This document shows, in pieces, positions 26,536 to 37,419 of a stretch of 64,000 nt of DNA. The stretch covers positions 22,534 through 86,533 of the forward strand of contig JAFTCL010000048.1 of assembly GCA_017454745.1 (NCBI GenBank), given 5' to 3'. Source of the stretch: Kiritimatiellia bacterium (lineage in GTDB: Bacteria > Verrucomicrobiota > Kiritimatiellia > RFP12 > UBA1067). The notes under the pieces were generated by a model, which did not search any database, had not been told where the DNA came from, and saw nothing but the letters and a program-made list of their open reading frames with translations. The translations under genes and the position numbers were made by a program. Positions within the stretch are counted from its first letter, which is position 1; each line of letters starts with the position of its first letter.

Positions 26536-27840
26536 TTGGAGAAAAGCATGAAAACCAGAGCAGAAGAGTTTCTTAAGCGGCACGGCCTGTCCGTTGACGG
26601 CATCGACCGCGAAGGCTTGCTGAAAAATTTCGCAGTGCAGATGGCCGACGGACTGGCGGGGCGGAAATCGTCGCTGATGATGATCCCGTCGTTTGTCTCG
26701 CCGGACAATCCGGTCAAGACCGGCACCCCGGTGGTGGTGCTGGACGCCGGCGGCACCAACCTGAGGGCCGCAGTGGTGCAAATCTCGGCGGAAGGCCGCC
26801 CGGAAATCGGCTCGTTCTTCAAGCGTCCGATGCCGGGATCGCAAGGTGCGTTGAGCGCCGACGCTTTTTACGACGCGTTCGCCGAGTTCCTGATGCCGGT
26901 GGTTGAGGCTTCCGACACCATCGGCTTCTGCTTCTCATACCCGGCGGAAATCACCCCGGACTGCGACGCCCGGTTGCTCCACTGGAGCAAGCAAATCGAG
27001 GTGCCGGCTGTAGTGGGCACGATGATCGGAGCGGGGCTGCTGGAACACCTGCGCAAGCGCGGTTACGAGCGGCGCACCGTGGTCCTCAACGATACCGTGG
27101 CCACGCTGCTGGCGGGCAAAAGCGCCGGCGTGGCGCGCGATTACTCCACCTATGTCGGCTTCATCCTCGGCACCGGCACCAACATCGCCTACACGGAGCG
27201 CAACGAGCGCATCACCAAGCGCAGCGACCTAAAGCCCGGCGGAACGATGGTAATCAACTGCGAGACCGGCGCGTTCAACGGCGCGGAACAATCCTTCTTC
27301 GACCGCCAGATGGACGCCGACACCAACGACTGCGGCCACTACACCTTTGAGAAGATGATTTCCGGCGCGTACCTCGGACGGATCGGCTTGACGGTACTCC
27401 GCCAGGCAGTCGCCGAGGGGTTCTTCTCCGAACCCGCCGCCGCCCTGATCAACAGTTGGCGTACGGTCTCCAACAAAGACCTCGACGATTTTTGCGGCGG
27501 CTCCCCAGCCGAGGACAACCCGTTCCTCGACCCGGCGTTCAACGAGCCGGACCAGGCGGCGGTGGTGGCGCTATGCACCCCGGTTTACCAGCGCGCCGCC
27601 GTGCTGGCGGCGGTCAACATCGCCGCCGCCGTGATCCAGACCGGCGAGGGACACAACCCCGCGCGCCCGGTTTGCGTAAACATCGACGGCTCCACCTACC
27701 ACCGCACCCGCACCGGGCAGTTCCGCAACCGGGTTCAGGAAGAGCTTGTGGACATGCTCGGTTCGCGCGGCATCGCGTACGAGCTGATTCGCGTTGACGA
27801 GTCGCCGGTAATCGGCGCGGCGGTGGCGGGTCTGATGTGA
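26536..27840 (+). CDS. Hexokinase (eukaryotic-type hexokinase family)
   Basis: Hexokinase signatures VVLDAGGTNLR (phosphate-1), GTGTNIAY and NCETGAFNG (sugar/adenosine). 434 aa. Confidence 0.7.
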   Translation: MEKSMKTRAEEFLKRHGLSVDGIDREGLLKNFAVQMADGLAGRKSSLMMIPSFVSPDNPVKTGTPVVVLDAGGTNLRAAVVQISAEGRPEIGSFFKRPMPGSQGALSADAFYDAFAEFLMPVVEASDTIGFCFSYPAEITPDCDARLLHWSKQIEVPAVVGTMIGAGLLEHLRKRGYERRTVVLNDTVATLLAGKSAGVARDYSTYVGFILGTGTNIAYTERNERITKRSDLKPGGTMVINCETGAFNGAEQSFFDRQMDADTNDCGHYTFEKMISGAYLGRIGLTVLRQAVAEGFFSEPAAALINSWRTVSNKDLDDFCGGSPAEDNPFLDPAFNEPDQAAVVALCTPVYQRAAVLAAVNIAAAVIQTGEGHNPARPVCVNIDGSTYHRTRTGQFRNRVQEELVDMLGSRGIAYELIRVDESPVIGAAVAGLM

Positions 27841-27887
27841 CATTACGGCGCCGGCCCGCCGGTCGGCGCCAAAAAGGATTTTAAGCA

Positions 27888-30506
27888 ATGAGCGACGAGA
27901 TTCAGGACCCAGGAGCGGTTGTGTTGGAGCAAGGTGTCGAGGACATCAACATCGAAAAGGAGATGAGTTCCTCGTACATCGATTATTCGATGAGCGTCAT
28001 CGTGGGCCGTGCACTGCCCGATGCCCGTGACGGGTTGAAGCCCGTACACCGCCGGGCGCTGTTCGCGATGAACGAGCTAAACAACGTTTCGACCCAGCCT
28101 CACAAAAAGTCGGCACGCGTGGTGGGCGAAGTTATCGGTAAATACCACCCGCACGGCGATGTCGCCGTTTACGAAACCATCGTCCGCCTGGCGCAGGATT
28201 TCTCGATGCGCTACAAACTGGTGGACGGGCACGGAAACTTTGGCTCTATCGACGGTGACAAACCAGCCGCCATGCGTTACACCGAAGTCCGCATGGACAA
28301 GCTCGGCGAAGAGATGCTGGTGGATCTCGAAAAAGACACGGTGGACATGACCCCCAACTACGACGGCTCCTGCCTGGAGCCGACCGTGTTGCCGTCGCGG
28401 CTGCCCAACCTGCTGTTAAACGGATCGATGGGCATCGCCGTCGGGATGGCGACCAACATACCCCCGCACAACCTCGGCGAGCTGGTGGACGGCATAACAC
28501 ACTACATCGACCATCCCGGCTGCACGATCGACGACCTTATGCAGTTCGTCAAAGGCCCGGACTTCCCGACTGGCGCGACCATCTGCGGAACCCGCCAGAT
28601 TGAGGCGATGTACAAACTGGGGCGCGGGCAGCTGGTGGTGCGCGGCAAGGCCGAGATTGTCGAGGACAACAAACGCCATTCGATCATCATCACCGAAATC
28701 CCATTTACCGTAAACAAGGCCGCGATGATCGAACGCATGGCCGATCTGGTGAACGAAAAGGTGATCGACGGCATCTCCGACATCCGCGACGAAAGTTCCA
28801 AGAAGGACGGTTTGCGCGTGGTGGTGGATCTCAAGCGCGGCGCGATCGGGGAAGTGGTGCTTAACAATCTGTACAAGCACACGCAGCTGCAAACCACCTT
28901 CGGGGCGATCATGCTGGCGCTGGATCAGGGCCGCCCGAAGATTATGAACCTTAAGGATCTCTTCCGCTGCTGGGTTGACCACCGCTTCGAGGTGCTGACC
29001 CGCCGCACCCAGTTCGAGCTGAAAAAGGCCGAGGCCCGCAAGCACATCGTCGAAGGTCTGCTCATAGCGTTGGATCACCTTGATGAGGTGGTTTCCATCA
29101 TCCGCAACTCCCCCAACCGCGACGAAGCCAAAGCCAGGCTGATCGAACGCTTCGGTTTCTCCGACCGTCAGGTCACCGCTATCCTCGAAATGCGGCTCTA
29201 CCAGTTGACCGGACTGGAGCGCGAAAAGGTCGAGGCCGAATTCAACGACCTGTGCGCCAAGATCGAATACTACAAGGGGCTGCTGGCCGACCCGGTCAAA
29301 ATCTACGGGCTGATCAAGGACGACCTTGCCGACCTCAGGGCCAAATACGTCGAAGGCAAGAAACTCTCAAACCGCAGGACGGAGATCGTACCGATGGAAG
29401 GCGAGGTCAACATCGAGGATCTCATCGCCGATGAGCCTTGCGTGATCACCCTGAGCCACCGCGGCTACATCAAGCGCGTCGCGCTCTCGGTCTATCGCGA
29501 ACAGCGTCGCGGCGGCCGCGGCATCACCGGCGCCGCCGTCAAAGAGGAAGATTTCATCACCACGGTGTTTGTGGCGGAAACCCACGACACGCTGCTGTTC
29601 TTCACCAACACCGGAAGGGTCTTCGCGGAACGCGCCTTCGAGATTCCGGAGGCCCCGCGCACCTCCTTCGGCAAACCGATCATCAACCTCATCCAGTTCC
29701 AAGAAGGCGAGAGCGTCGCCGCGCTGCTGCCGATCCGCGCCTTCTCCCCGGACGTGGACGTGTTCTTCGCCACCGAGCAGGGCACGGTCAAGAAAACCGC
29801 GCTGTCCGACTATCGCAACATCAACCGTAACGGCATCCGGGCCCTGAACATCGACGAGGGCGACCGGCTGGTACAGGTGTTGCTCACCCATTCCGGCGAT
29901 GACGTGCTACTGATCACCGCCAACGGGCGGGGCATGCGCTTCTGTGAAGACCAGGTACGCCGTATGGGCCGTACCGCGACCGGCGTACGGGGCATCCGCC
30001 TTCAGGACGGCGATATCGTGCGCGGTTTCGCTGTGGTTGAGAAGGGCGCGACCTTCCTGATCGCCACCGAAAACGGTTTTGGAAAGCGCTCCGAATTTTG
30101 CGACTTCACCCCGCACCACCGCGGCGGTCAGGGGATGATCGCCATCAAGGACGAATCCGGCCGCAACGGGAAGGTGGTTGCCGCCTTCGCCGTACACAAC
30201 GGCCAGTCGATGGTCTCCATCGCCTCCAACGGCATGATGGTGCGTTCGCCGGTGGCGGACATCCGCGTTTGCGGACGTTCCGCGCAGGGCGTGCGTCTGG
30301 TGCGGCTGTCCGATGGTGCCAAGCTAGTCTCCGTGAGTATAGCAGATGCCGAAGAAGTGCCGGAAAACCCGCTGAACGGCGTTGCTCCGACCGACGAACC
30401 GGTGGCCTCAGAAACCACCGCAGACGCCGAAACCCCAAACAGCGGCGACAATACCCCCGAACCGGACGCGTCGCCGGAAGGGGCAAACGGCGGGTCAGAC
30501 GAATAA
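27888..30506 (+). CDS. gyrA: DNA gyrase subunit A
   Basis: N-terminus [27 protein letters not shown] with active-site Tyr region, the YHPHGD motif, and a GyrA C-terminal beta-pinwheel with an acidic tail. Confidence 0.9.
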   Translation: MSDEIQDPGAVVLEQGVEDINIEKEMSSSYIDYSMSVIVGRALPDARDGLKPVHRRALFAMNELNNVSTQPHKKSARVVGEVIGKYHPHGDVAVYETIVRLAQDFSMRYKLVDGHGNFGSIDGDKPAAMRYTEVRMDKLGEEMLVDLEKDTVDMTPNYDGSCLEPTVLPSRLPNLLLNGSMGIAVGMATNIPPHNLGELVDGITHYIDHPGCTIDDLMQFVKGPDFPTGATICGTRQIEAMYKLGRGQLVVRGKAEIVEDNKRHSIIITEIPFTVNKAAMIERMADLVNEKVIDGISDIRDESSKKDGLRVVVDLKRGAIGEVVLNNLYKHTQLQTTFGAIMLALDQGRPKIMNLKDLFRCWVDHRFEVLTRRTQFELKKAEARKHIVEGLLIALDHLDEVVSIIRNSPNRDEAKARLIERFGFSDRQVTAILEMRLYQLTGLEREKVEAEFNDLCAKIEYYKGLLADPVKIYGLIKDDLADLRAKYVEGKKLSNRRTEIVPMEGEVNIEDLIADEPCVITLSHRGYIKRVALSVYREQRRGGRGITGAAVKEEDFITTVFVAETHDTLLFFTNTGRVFAERAFEIPEAPRTSFGKPIINLIQFQEGESVAALLPIRAFSPDVDVFFATEQGTVKKTALSDYRNINRNGIRALNIDEGDRLVQVLLTHSGDDVLLITANGRGMRFCEDQVRRMGRTATGVRGIRLQDGDIVRGFAVVEKGATFLIATENGFGKRSEFCDFTPHHRGGQGMIAIKDESGRNGKVVAAFAVHNGQSMVSIASNGMMVRSPVADIRVCGRSAQGVRLVRLSDGAKLVSVSIADAEEVPENPLNGVAPTDEPVASETTADAETPNSGDNTPEPDASPEGANGGSDE

Positions 30507-30590
30507 AGTGACTCCGGTTGACCGTCGGGCGGTTCCCGGCCCGGCGGCTGGCGGATACCGTAATCCCGGCCCAAATGAAAGGAACCACTT

Positions 30591-31976
30591 ATGGGCACCT
30601 TTTTGTTTCTGATTATGTACCTTGTTCTAATGGGTCTGGTGGTGCTGGTTCCGCATTCGTTACGCCGCTTCCACGTGCCGTCGGTGGTGGCGATCATGCT
30701 CACCGGCATCGTCATTGGCCCGAACGCCCTGGACTTGCTCGGGCACCTAGCCAAATGGATGAACGGCGCGTACTCCGCCGAACAGCTGCGGACCGTGATT
30801 GAGGCTTTCGGGCTGCTGGGGCTGGTGTTCCTTATGGCACTGGCCGGCATGGAGGTTGACCTCCGGCTCCTGACGGTGGAAAAAAAGGCGGTAACGCTGC
30901 TGAGCATCTTGACCTTTGCGTTGCCCGCTGCCGCCGGTTACGGGGTTTACCACCTCTTCCGGCCTGAAGACGAAATCGGGAAATGGGTTTACGCCTCGCT
31001 GTTCGCCTCGCACTCGGTCGGCATCGTCTTTCCGGTTATCCGGGAACTCGGCGTTTCCCGAACCCGTTTCGGAGTTTCGATTCTCGGTTCCACCGTGGTC
31101 ACCGACGTCTTAAGCTTGATTCTGCTCGCCGTCACTATCCAGTACAAGCGGATGCAAACCCATGCCGGGCCAATGACCTCATTCTCGCTGTTCGACCGCA
31201 TCGACGCATCATCGCTCGGCAACTGGTTCGGAGTGGTGTTTGTCGGCGTGGTAATCATTTACATGCTACTCTGCATCTGGCTGCTGCCGATCGTTTGGAA
31301 ACGGGTGCTTACCGCCTTCAACGCCAAAGACGACATACACGTGACCTACTTCCTCTTCGCCGTATTGATCGTGGTCGCGGTGGGCGAGTTTCTGGGCGTG
31401 AACCTGATCGTGGGCGCGTTCATCGCCGGTCTGGCCGTGATCCGGTCCGAAGGGTTCGAACACCTCGGGCGCCATCTGCACCGCAAGCTGGAAGGCGTGG
31501 GTTTCGGGCTGATGATTCCGTTCCTGTTTCTGATGATCGGCATGGACAGCCAGCCCAAAGTGCTGGTCGAAAACTCCGGCAACCTGGCCATCGCGCTGAT
31601 GACCGTGGTCGGGCTGGTCGCCAGCAAGGTCTTCTCCGGCTGGCTCGCGATGCGGTTGTCGGGCTTCTCCAACCTCAAGGGCATCTGCGCCGGACTGATG
31701 ACCGTGCCGCAGCTTTCCGCCACCCTGGCGGCCGCCGCCGTGGCGTTGGAACTGCAGATGCTCGACACCAGCTTCTTCAACGCCATCGTGGTGCTCTCGA
31801 TGGCCACCACCATTCCGGTTCCGACCCTGGTACGCTACATCATCTACAAGTTCAACGTCAAGTTTGACGACGCCTTCCAGCCGCTGCCCGGCACCAGCGG
31901 GTTCACCCCGGCCATCCCGCTGGACGACAACATCAACCGGTCCCAGCTGCTCCAGCAAGACCCACGGAGACGATAA
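30591..31976 (+). CDS. Cation:proton antiporter (CPA family Na+/H+ or K+/H+ exchanger)
   Basis: 461 aa with ~12 predicted transmembrane segments. N-terminal region (GIVIGPNALDLLGH...) is typical of Na_H_Exchanger proteins. Confidence 0.7.
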   Translation: MGTFLFLIMYLVLMGLVVLVPHSLRRFHVPSVVAIMLTGIVIGPNALDLLGHLAKWMNGAYSAEQLRTVIEAFGLLGLVFLMALAGMEVDLRLLTVEKKAVTLLSILTFALPAAAGYGVYHLFRPEDEIGKWVYASLFASHSVGIVFPVIRELGVSRTRFGVSILGSTVVTDVLSLILLAVTIQYKRMQTHAGPMTSFSLFDRIDASSLGNWFGVVFVGVVIIYMLLCIWLLPIVWKRVLTAFNAKDDIHVTYFLFAVLIVVAVGEFLGVNLIVGAFIAGLAVIRSEGFEHLGRHLHRKLEGVGFGLMIPFLFLMIGMDSQPKVLVENSGNLAIALMTVVGLVASKVFSGWLAMRLSGFSNLKGICAGLMTVPQLSATLAAAAVALELQMLDTSFFNAIVVLSMATTIPVPTLVRYIIYKFNVKFDDAFQPLPGTSGFTPAIPLDDNINRSQLLQQDPRRR

Positions 31977-33416
31977 ATGCGCAATTTTTCCATTTCCCTG
32001 TTGCTAATAATGGCACTAACCTCAGCCGCCGCGCCGCAGGCAGGCGCGGATAACGCCGCAGCCAACTCCAAAATGATGGTCGAACGGTTCATCAACACCC
32101 GCAGCGCGGGCAGCGCGGAAGACTTTGCCGCCGCCGCTAAATTGGTGCGGGCGCGGGCCGACGAGGGACAGCCCTTTTTCCGTTTTTTGCTCGCCCTCTA
32201 TTCCGGGCAGGACAAGCTCTGCGAATTGCCGGACGACAAACGGGAAGCCTATCTGGAGCAGGGCCGGCCTTGGGTGCGCGAACAGGCGAAATCGGGTAAC
32301 GCGCTGGCGCAGTATCTGATTGCGTTGGACGCGCTATTAAACCGCGAGGCTCTTGACGAGGCGCTGGATATGCTGGAGAGGGCGGCGGAGCAGGACCAGC
32401 CGCTGGCGATGAACACTTTGGGCATGATGTATTTCAACGGCAGCGGAGTGCGTCGCGACCCCGCCAAGGCGGCCGGTTATTTCCGCCGCAGCGCCGCGTC
32501 CGGCGACATGATCGCGGAATACAATCTGGCCGGGCTGTACCATCAGGGCATCGGGGTGCCGAAAGACCAGGAAATGGCGTTGGTGCTATACCGCCGCGCC
32601 GCCGGTCAGGGACATTCCAACGCCATGAACAACCTTGGGTGGGTTTTGCAGCACGGCGAGCATCCCGATCCCGCCAAAGCGCTGGAGTGGTACCGCAAAT
32701 CGGCCGAAGCGGGCAACAGGGACGGCCAGTACAATCTAGCCTACTCGCTGATGCACGGGATCGGATGTGCGCGCAATCCCGCCGAAGCCGCGCCCTGGCT
32801 GAAAAAATCCGCCGATCAGGGGCAGCTGGAAGCCCAAACCATGCTTGGCACTTTGTACCGCGACGGCGAGGGCGTAGCCAAAGATCCCGCGAAAGCGTTC
32901 GCGCTGTTTTCCGGCGCGGCGGAACGGGGTCACGCCGGCGCCAGGTACCAGCTGGGGCAATGCTACGAATTCGGGACCGGCACCGCGACCAATATGGTCA
33001 AGGCGATCGAAAGTTACCGGCAGGCGGTTGCCGCCGAAAACCCCGACGCCCAACACGCCCTGGGATTGTGCCACTACCGCGGCAAAGGGGTGGAAAAGGA
33101 TTACTCCAAAGCGTTTGAACTGTTCAGCCAAGCCGCCAAAAACAATTTCCCGCCGGCGCAGGACAGCCTCGGAATGCTCTATGTGCGCGGCGAAGGCTGC
33201 AGCCGTGACTACGCCAAGGCGGCCGAACTCTTCACCACGGCATGGGAAAGGGCGCACCTGCCCGATGCCGCCTACAATCTGGCCATGCTTCATGAATTCG
33301 GACAAGGCGTAAAACAAAGCCACACCAAAGCGGTGAACTATTGCCGCGAAGCCGCCAACCGCGGCCATATCGCCGCGACCGAATGGCTAATCGCCAACGG
33401 TTACACCCCCCGTTGA
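31977..33416 (+). CDS. Secreted Sel1-repeat (TPR-like) protein
   Basis: Signal peptide. Roughly 10 Sel1-like repeats (A.YNLG.MY..G.GV..D...A..WY.KAA). Confidence 0.75.
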   Translation: MRNFSISLLLIMALTSAAAPQAGADNAAANSKMMVERFINTRSAGSAEDFAAAAKLVRARADEGQPFFRFLLALYSGQDKLCELPDDKREAYLEQGRPWVREQAKSGNALAQYLIALDALLNREALDEALDMLERAAEQDQPLAMNTLGMMYFNGSGVRRDPAKAAGYFRRSAASGDMIAEYNLAGLYHQGIGVPKDQEMALVLYRRAAGQGHSNAMNNLGWVLQHGEHPDPAKALEWYRKSAEAGNRDGQYNLAYSLMHGIGCARNPAEAAPWLKKSADQGQLEAQTMLGTLYRDGEGVAKDPAKAFALFSGAAERGHAGARYQLGQCYEFGTGTATNMVKAIESYRQAVAAENPDAQHALGLCHYRGKGVEKDYSKAFELFSQAAKNNFPPAQDSLGMLYVRGEGCSRDYAKAAELFTTAWERAHLPDAAYNLAMLHEFGQGVKQSHTKAVNYCREAANRGHIAATEWLIANGYTPR

Positions 33417-33440
33417 GAACAAAACGCTTCTTTGTTTCTG

Positions 33441-33704
33441 TCAATACAAAAAGCCAAACAGCCAGAAAGGTATTTTGTTGCCTACGCCAGTCTCGATACC
33501 ATCGGCCGCGATGAAACTTTCAGGGATATTCTTGATCTGAGAAAACCCCTTGCCAGCTCCTCCGACTTCAATAATATAGCGTCCGTCCACTTTGAAATCG
33601 CCTTGCGCCGGATACAAAACTTCATGACCGGCAGAACGAAGCTGATTCAAAACAAAGGTCTCACGTAAGCATCCGGTATCTAAATCTCTGACCATCGCAT
33701 GCAT
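33441..33704 (-). pseudogene. Remnant: the C-terminal fragment of an AAA-ATPase with a DUF4143 domain
   Basis: The 87-aa ORF ...RETFVLNQLRSAGHEVLY....DFKVDGRYIIEVGGAGKGF...IPFWLF matches the DUF4143 C-terminus (E.FV.N.L...G...YY.....EVDF....IEVK). It lies in an AT-rich ~300-bp patch, with no N-terminal ATPase portion. Confidence 0.5.
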
Positions 33705-33726
33705 AAGGTTAACAATCAGTGGCGGT

Positions 33727-36700
33727 TTAGTTTGCCGTTTGGCCGCTTCTCACCATAACAGGGCCGATAAGCCCGGAGGGCAGTAGCGCGTCTTCTTTGG
33801 ACCAGTGTTTCCACGTGGTGAAGGTGTGACGCCCGGTTGGGGATTTCTTGCCCTGTTTCACCCATTCGGGGATTTCTTTAACCCCGTACTCTTTTACGCC
33901 CTTGCGCGGTACGCCCTGCCACACGCAGTCTTCCTTGTATAGCCGGTCGTCGCCGATCAGGCGGTTCGCCCAAAGGTTCGTAACCCTGATTTCAAGGTCG
34001 ATGGCGTCCTTGCCCTTAACGGCGTCGGTGATGTCAAGGCGGAAGGGCGGTTTCCACAGTACCGGGAACTTGTTGCCGTTTACCGTGACCTCCGCGAAGT
34101 TCTTGACAACGCCGAGATCAAGCATCACGCGGTCGCCGGACCCGATAAGCGAGCGCAAGGCGTCGCCTTCGATGCGTTTCGCGTAGGTGGCGGTTCCTGA
34201 GAAATAGCATATCCCGGGATCGGAATGCTCGTCCCACGGGATGAGCGAATCAAAGGTGGTTTTTCCCGGAGCTTCCCATCCCGCCGGGAAGGATACCTGC
34301 CAAGGACCGGGAACGACCAGCGCCGCCGCGGGTTGCGCGGAGAGTTTGCTGCTCGTTCCGTTGCTGTCCGTAAGTGTCGCCGTGAGCGGCTGCCAGGCGA
34401 CAATCTTTCCGTCGCGCCATTCCCAGCTCGGCGGCGGTTGCGGGGTTTCCCTGTTGTCGGGAAGTTTGAACCAACCGTGTTCGTTGAAGGTCGATGTTGT
34501 CTCGAATCCGTCGTACACGTAGGTCACGCGCAGCTGCTTGACCGTCTTGAAGAGCGGGTCGCGCCCGGCCAGACTGTTCTCCGCCTGCACCGCGATTTTG
34601 CCGTTTTTCACGGCGGCGGCGATTTTAGCGGTCACGTCGAAAACCGTCGGTTCGGCGGGGGGATTCCAGTCGGGGTCGATTATGCCGTACCACGCGCTTT
34701 GGAGTTTCGCGCCTTCCGGCAGCTTGTAGGACTTGCCCTCTTTGACGATATCGCGCGTAGCGCGGCCGTTCAAGGTGTATCGCACTTCTAGCGCTTTCAC
34801 CTTTTGGGAGGCGGGATCTTCGCCCATTACGGAGTTTTTCACTTCGACCGTCACGCCGGGCTTGATACGCCCGGAAACTTCGATGCATTCCGGACGGATG
34901 CCGTTAAACACGCCGTATTCCGCCTTCTTGATGGTAAGGGTGTGGGGTTTTTCTGGGAGCGCGGGATCGTGGCGCGCGTTCACCTTGGCGTCAACGGTAA
35001 CGAAGTGGTTGCCTGCCGCCGGGCGGCGGAACACCACGAACGAGGATCCGCTCACCGGATAGTCCAGCTTTACAATCGTGCGTCCTTTTTCTTCGCGCCA
35101 GACGTTGGCTGCGGCGATTTTGCCTGTTTCCGCGTCCCATATTTCCGGGGTGCGGCCGGTCTGGCGGAAGGAGGCCTCGAAGGTCGCGTTGGTGGCGTTG
35201 TCGAGCGCGACGAAATACCAGTCCGTACCATCCGCCTGCCGGTGGATCCAGGATGCCGTGGGCTCGCCGGTCGTGAAGTCGGGGGCCACTCCCAGTTTAA
35301 CGAGCGCATCGCCGGCGTTGCTTTCGATGACGCCCTTTGCCCATACTTTGGCGACGAGCGCCTTCATGTTGGTGTCCGACTGCGGCCAGCCGCGCAATCC
35401 GGGCGCGCGCGACGGACGCGACACGCTGCTAACCTTTGCGCCGGCATCGAGCAGTTCGCCGACCTTCCTGACGCATGCCTCGCTCATAGTGTCGGTTTTC
35501 GGGAGAACCAGCAATGCGTACGAAACGCCGCCCGGCGCCACCACGCGCCCGTTCTTTACGGTAAGCGCCATTAGCACCTTGGTGGCGCAGTAGTCGTAGT
35601 CGTAGCCGGCGGGGAGTTTTGTGTCAGTGCCGCCCAGCGGGACGGCTTCGCCGCACCAGAACAGGACATCCGCCGCGAAGGTGCCTTCCTGAAGCATCCA
35701 TTGGCAGCGCGTCTGGTAGCGGAACCAGTCGTTGGCGTATTTCCACCACGTTTGGGTGCGGTCGAGGTGCATTCCCCAGCGGCCCATCGTCATGCCGGGC
35801 AGGTACTTGTCGCCCGGCCAGGGCTGGTGCGTGAAGCGGTGGTAGATGATGCGGTTGATGCCGGCGGCGAACACCTTGTCGCCTTGGCTTTTGATCGTGT
35901 ACGGGGTGGTGCGCCAGCGTCCGCCGATCACCGGGTTGGCGGTGAAGGATTCGGTGGCGGCGTAGCGGCGGCCCCACACGTGCGCGATAGTGGCGGCGAG
36001 CCGCGAGTTGCCGATACCGGCCACGCCATGCTCTCCGCGCTCGGCGGCCGACCAAAACTCGGCCATGGGGATGTCGATGTCCTGACCGTACTGGAGGTTG
36101 TCCGCCGTACAGTTTCCGTACGGCTCGATGGAGCAGAGCAGACCGTGGCGGTGGCAAAGTTCCGTGAGCCGTCCGGCGTAGTTCTCCGCAAAGAGGTCGG
36201 CCACGACGCGGCGGAAATCTTCAAGGAAACGTTCGGTCTCTTCGACGCTGCCGACGATCCGCCCGGCAAACACCGGGAGATAACGGACGATGGAGTATCC
36301 CATGCGCTTCTCGAAGGTCTTGTCGAAGTTCTGGGTCCAGTTTTGGGTGTTGACCTCGTAGCTGTCCACCAGAATGTTGTTGAAGCCGGTCTCGCCGATT
36401 TTCCCCGGTTCGATGCCAAGGGTGTTGCAAAGCCTGGTGACATATTGGTCGAAGTGGTAATCCATCGCCTCGGCGGAGAGTTTGTCCACCTCAAGTCCGC
36501 GCCCCTTCTCCGACGCGGGGTGGTTGCAACGCCCGTTGCAGATGTAACCGATGCGCAATATCGTCCATTCGCCGACGGGGACGTCCCATTCGAGCGATCC
36601 GTCCGCTTTCATCCGCGCCGTCAGCTCCACCACGGAATCCTTTGCCACGACCGTTCCGGCAGCGGCGGGTTTTGTGTCGCGGTTCACCTTGCCGCGCTCG

Positions 36701-37299
36701 GCGAAGGTCTTTTCCGCGAGATTGCTGAGCGTGGCCCCGGGTTTAGGCGTGGGGTAGGCGAGCACCGCGATATCTTCGTAGAAGCCGTTGTCTTTTGCGG
36801 TGCGCGGCAGGATGCCGGAAAAACGGGTTGGCCCTTTGGCGGCGGTCTCGGTGAACACGACACGTTTCATGCCGTTCTTCGGCGGGTTCCACGGGCCGCC
36901 GGATGAGGACCACCCGGAGCAGTTGGGAATGCAGATTTCAAGGCCGAGCCTTTTAGCCTCGGAATGGGCGTGACGGAACATGTCGAACCATTCGGGCGAG
37001 TTGAATTTGAGCGGCCCGGGCGGGATGGCGCATCCGGCGTCAAACATTTGAACTCCGCCGATCCCGGCTTTGGCGAGCGCCTCGAAGTCGCAGGTGATGC
37101 CTTCCTTCGTTACGTTGCCGTTCATCATGTGGTACCAAGTGTGCGGCTTGGCGGAGTCTGGCGGAGCCTTGAATCCCTCCTCCAGCGTCAACGCGAAAAG
37201 CGGCAATGCCGCTACACAGGCAACGGCGCCGAGAACTGCTATTCTAACTTCTTTAGTCATAAGGCTGACCTTTCTTTTGGTTTTCGCCGATTCCGGCAT
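33727..37299 (-). CDS. Large secreted glycoside hydrolase, GH106-like (alpha-L-rhamnosidase family), with a GH2-type sugar-binding-like C-terminal domain
   Basis: Signal peptide. The N-terminal HTWYHMMNGNVTKEGITCDFEALAKAGIGGVQMFDAG block is GH106-like. C-terminus FAEVTVNGNKFPVLWKPPFRLDITD...LEIRVTNLWANRLIGD. The start may be the ATG at 37260 (MTKEV) instead. Confidence 0.45.
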   Translation of the reverse strand: MPESAKTKRKVSLMTKEVRIAVLGAVACVAALPLFALTLEEGFKAPPDSAKPHTWYHMMNGNVTKEGITCDFEALAKAGIGGVQMFDAGCAIPPGPLKFNSPEWFDMFRHAHSEAKRLGLEICIPNCSGWSSSGGPWNPPKNGMKRVVFTETAAKGPTRFSGILPRTAKDNGFYEDIAVLAYPTPKPGATLSNLAEKTFAERGKVNRDTKPAAAGTVVAKDSVVELTARMKADGSLEWDVPVGEWTILRIGYICNGRCNHPASEKGRGLEVDKLSAEAMDYHFDQYVTRLCNTLGIEPGKIGETGFNNILVDSYEVNTQNWTQNFDKTFEKRMGYSIVRYLPVFAGRIVGSVEETERFLEDFRRVVADLFAENYAGRLTELCHRHGLLCSIEPYGNCTADNLQYGQDIDIPMAEFWSAAERGEHGVAGIGNSRLAATIAHVWGRRYAATESFTANPVIGGRWRTTPYTIKSQGDKVFAAGINRIIYHRFTHQPWPGDKYLPGMTMGRWGMHLDRTQTWWKYANDWFRYQTRCQWMLQEGTFAADVLFWCGEAVPLGGTDTKLPAGYDYDYCATKVLMALTVKNGRVVAPGGVSYALLVLPKTDTMSEACVRKVGELLDAGAKVSSVSRPSRAPGLRGWPQSDTNMKALVAKVWAKGVIESNAGDALVKLGVAPDFTTGEPTASWIHRQADGTDWYFVALDNATNATFEASFRQTGRTPEIWDAETGKIAAANVWREEKGRTIVKLDYPVSGSSFVVFRRPAAGNHFVTVDAKVNARHDPALPEKPHTLTIKKAEYGVFNGIRPECIEVSGRIKPGVTVEVKNSVMGEDPASQKVKALEVRYTLNGRATRDIVKEGKSYKLPEGAKLQSAWYGIIDPDWNPPAEPTVFDVTAKIAAAVKNGKIAVQAENSLAGRDPLFKTVKQLRVTYVYDGFETTSTFNEHGWFKLPDNRETPQPPPSWEWRDGKIVAWQPLTATLTDSNGTSSKLSAQPAAALVVPGPWQVSFPAGWEAPGKTTFDSLIPWDEHSDPGICYFSGTATYAKRIEGDALRSLIGSGDRVMLDLGVVKNFAEVTVNGNKFPVLWKPPFRLDITDAVKGKDAIDLEIRVTNLWANRLIGDDRLYKEDCVWQGVPRKGVKEYGVKEIPEWVKQGKKSPTGRHTFTTWKHWSKEDALLPSGLIGPVMVRSGQTAN

Positions 37300-37419
37300 T
37301 CACAGACAAAAAATCCATCCCCCCGAAACACCACAATGATACCAAAACGCCTTGAGTTGCGCAAGGGGTTTTGGTATCATGACGGGGTTTTTAATGGTTT
37401 CTGGGGAGGTCGCGTTGCG

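Noticed and set aside
27841-27887. GC palindrome GGCGCCG...CGGCGCC between the hexokinase gene and gyrA, as a possible terminator
   Set aside because: No T-tract follows it on the + strand, and the gap to gyrA is only 47 nt. More likely it is a structured intergenic spacer within an operon.
35701-36906. 401-aa + ORF inside the GH106-like gene
   Set aside because: Antisense shadow ORF.
36964-37419. 152-codon N-terminal extension of the C69 peptidase ORF
   Set aside because: It overlaps the divergently transcribed GH106-like gene. The ATG at 37420 has a strong GGGGAGG RBS, after which the signal peptide and nucleophile Cys begin.
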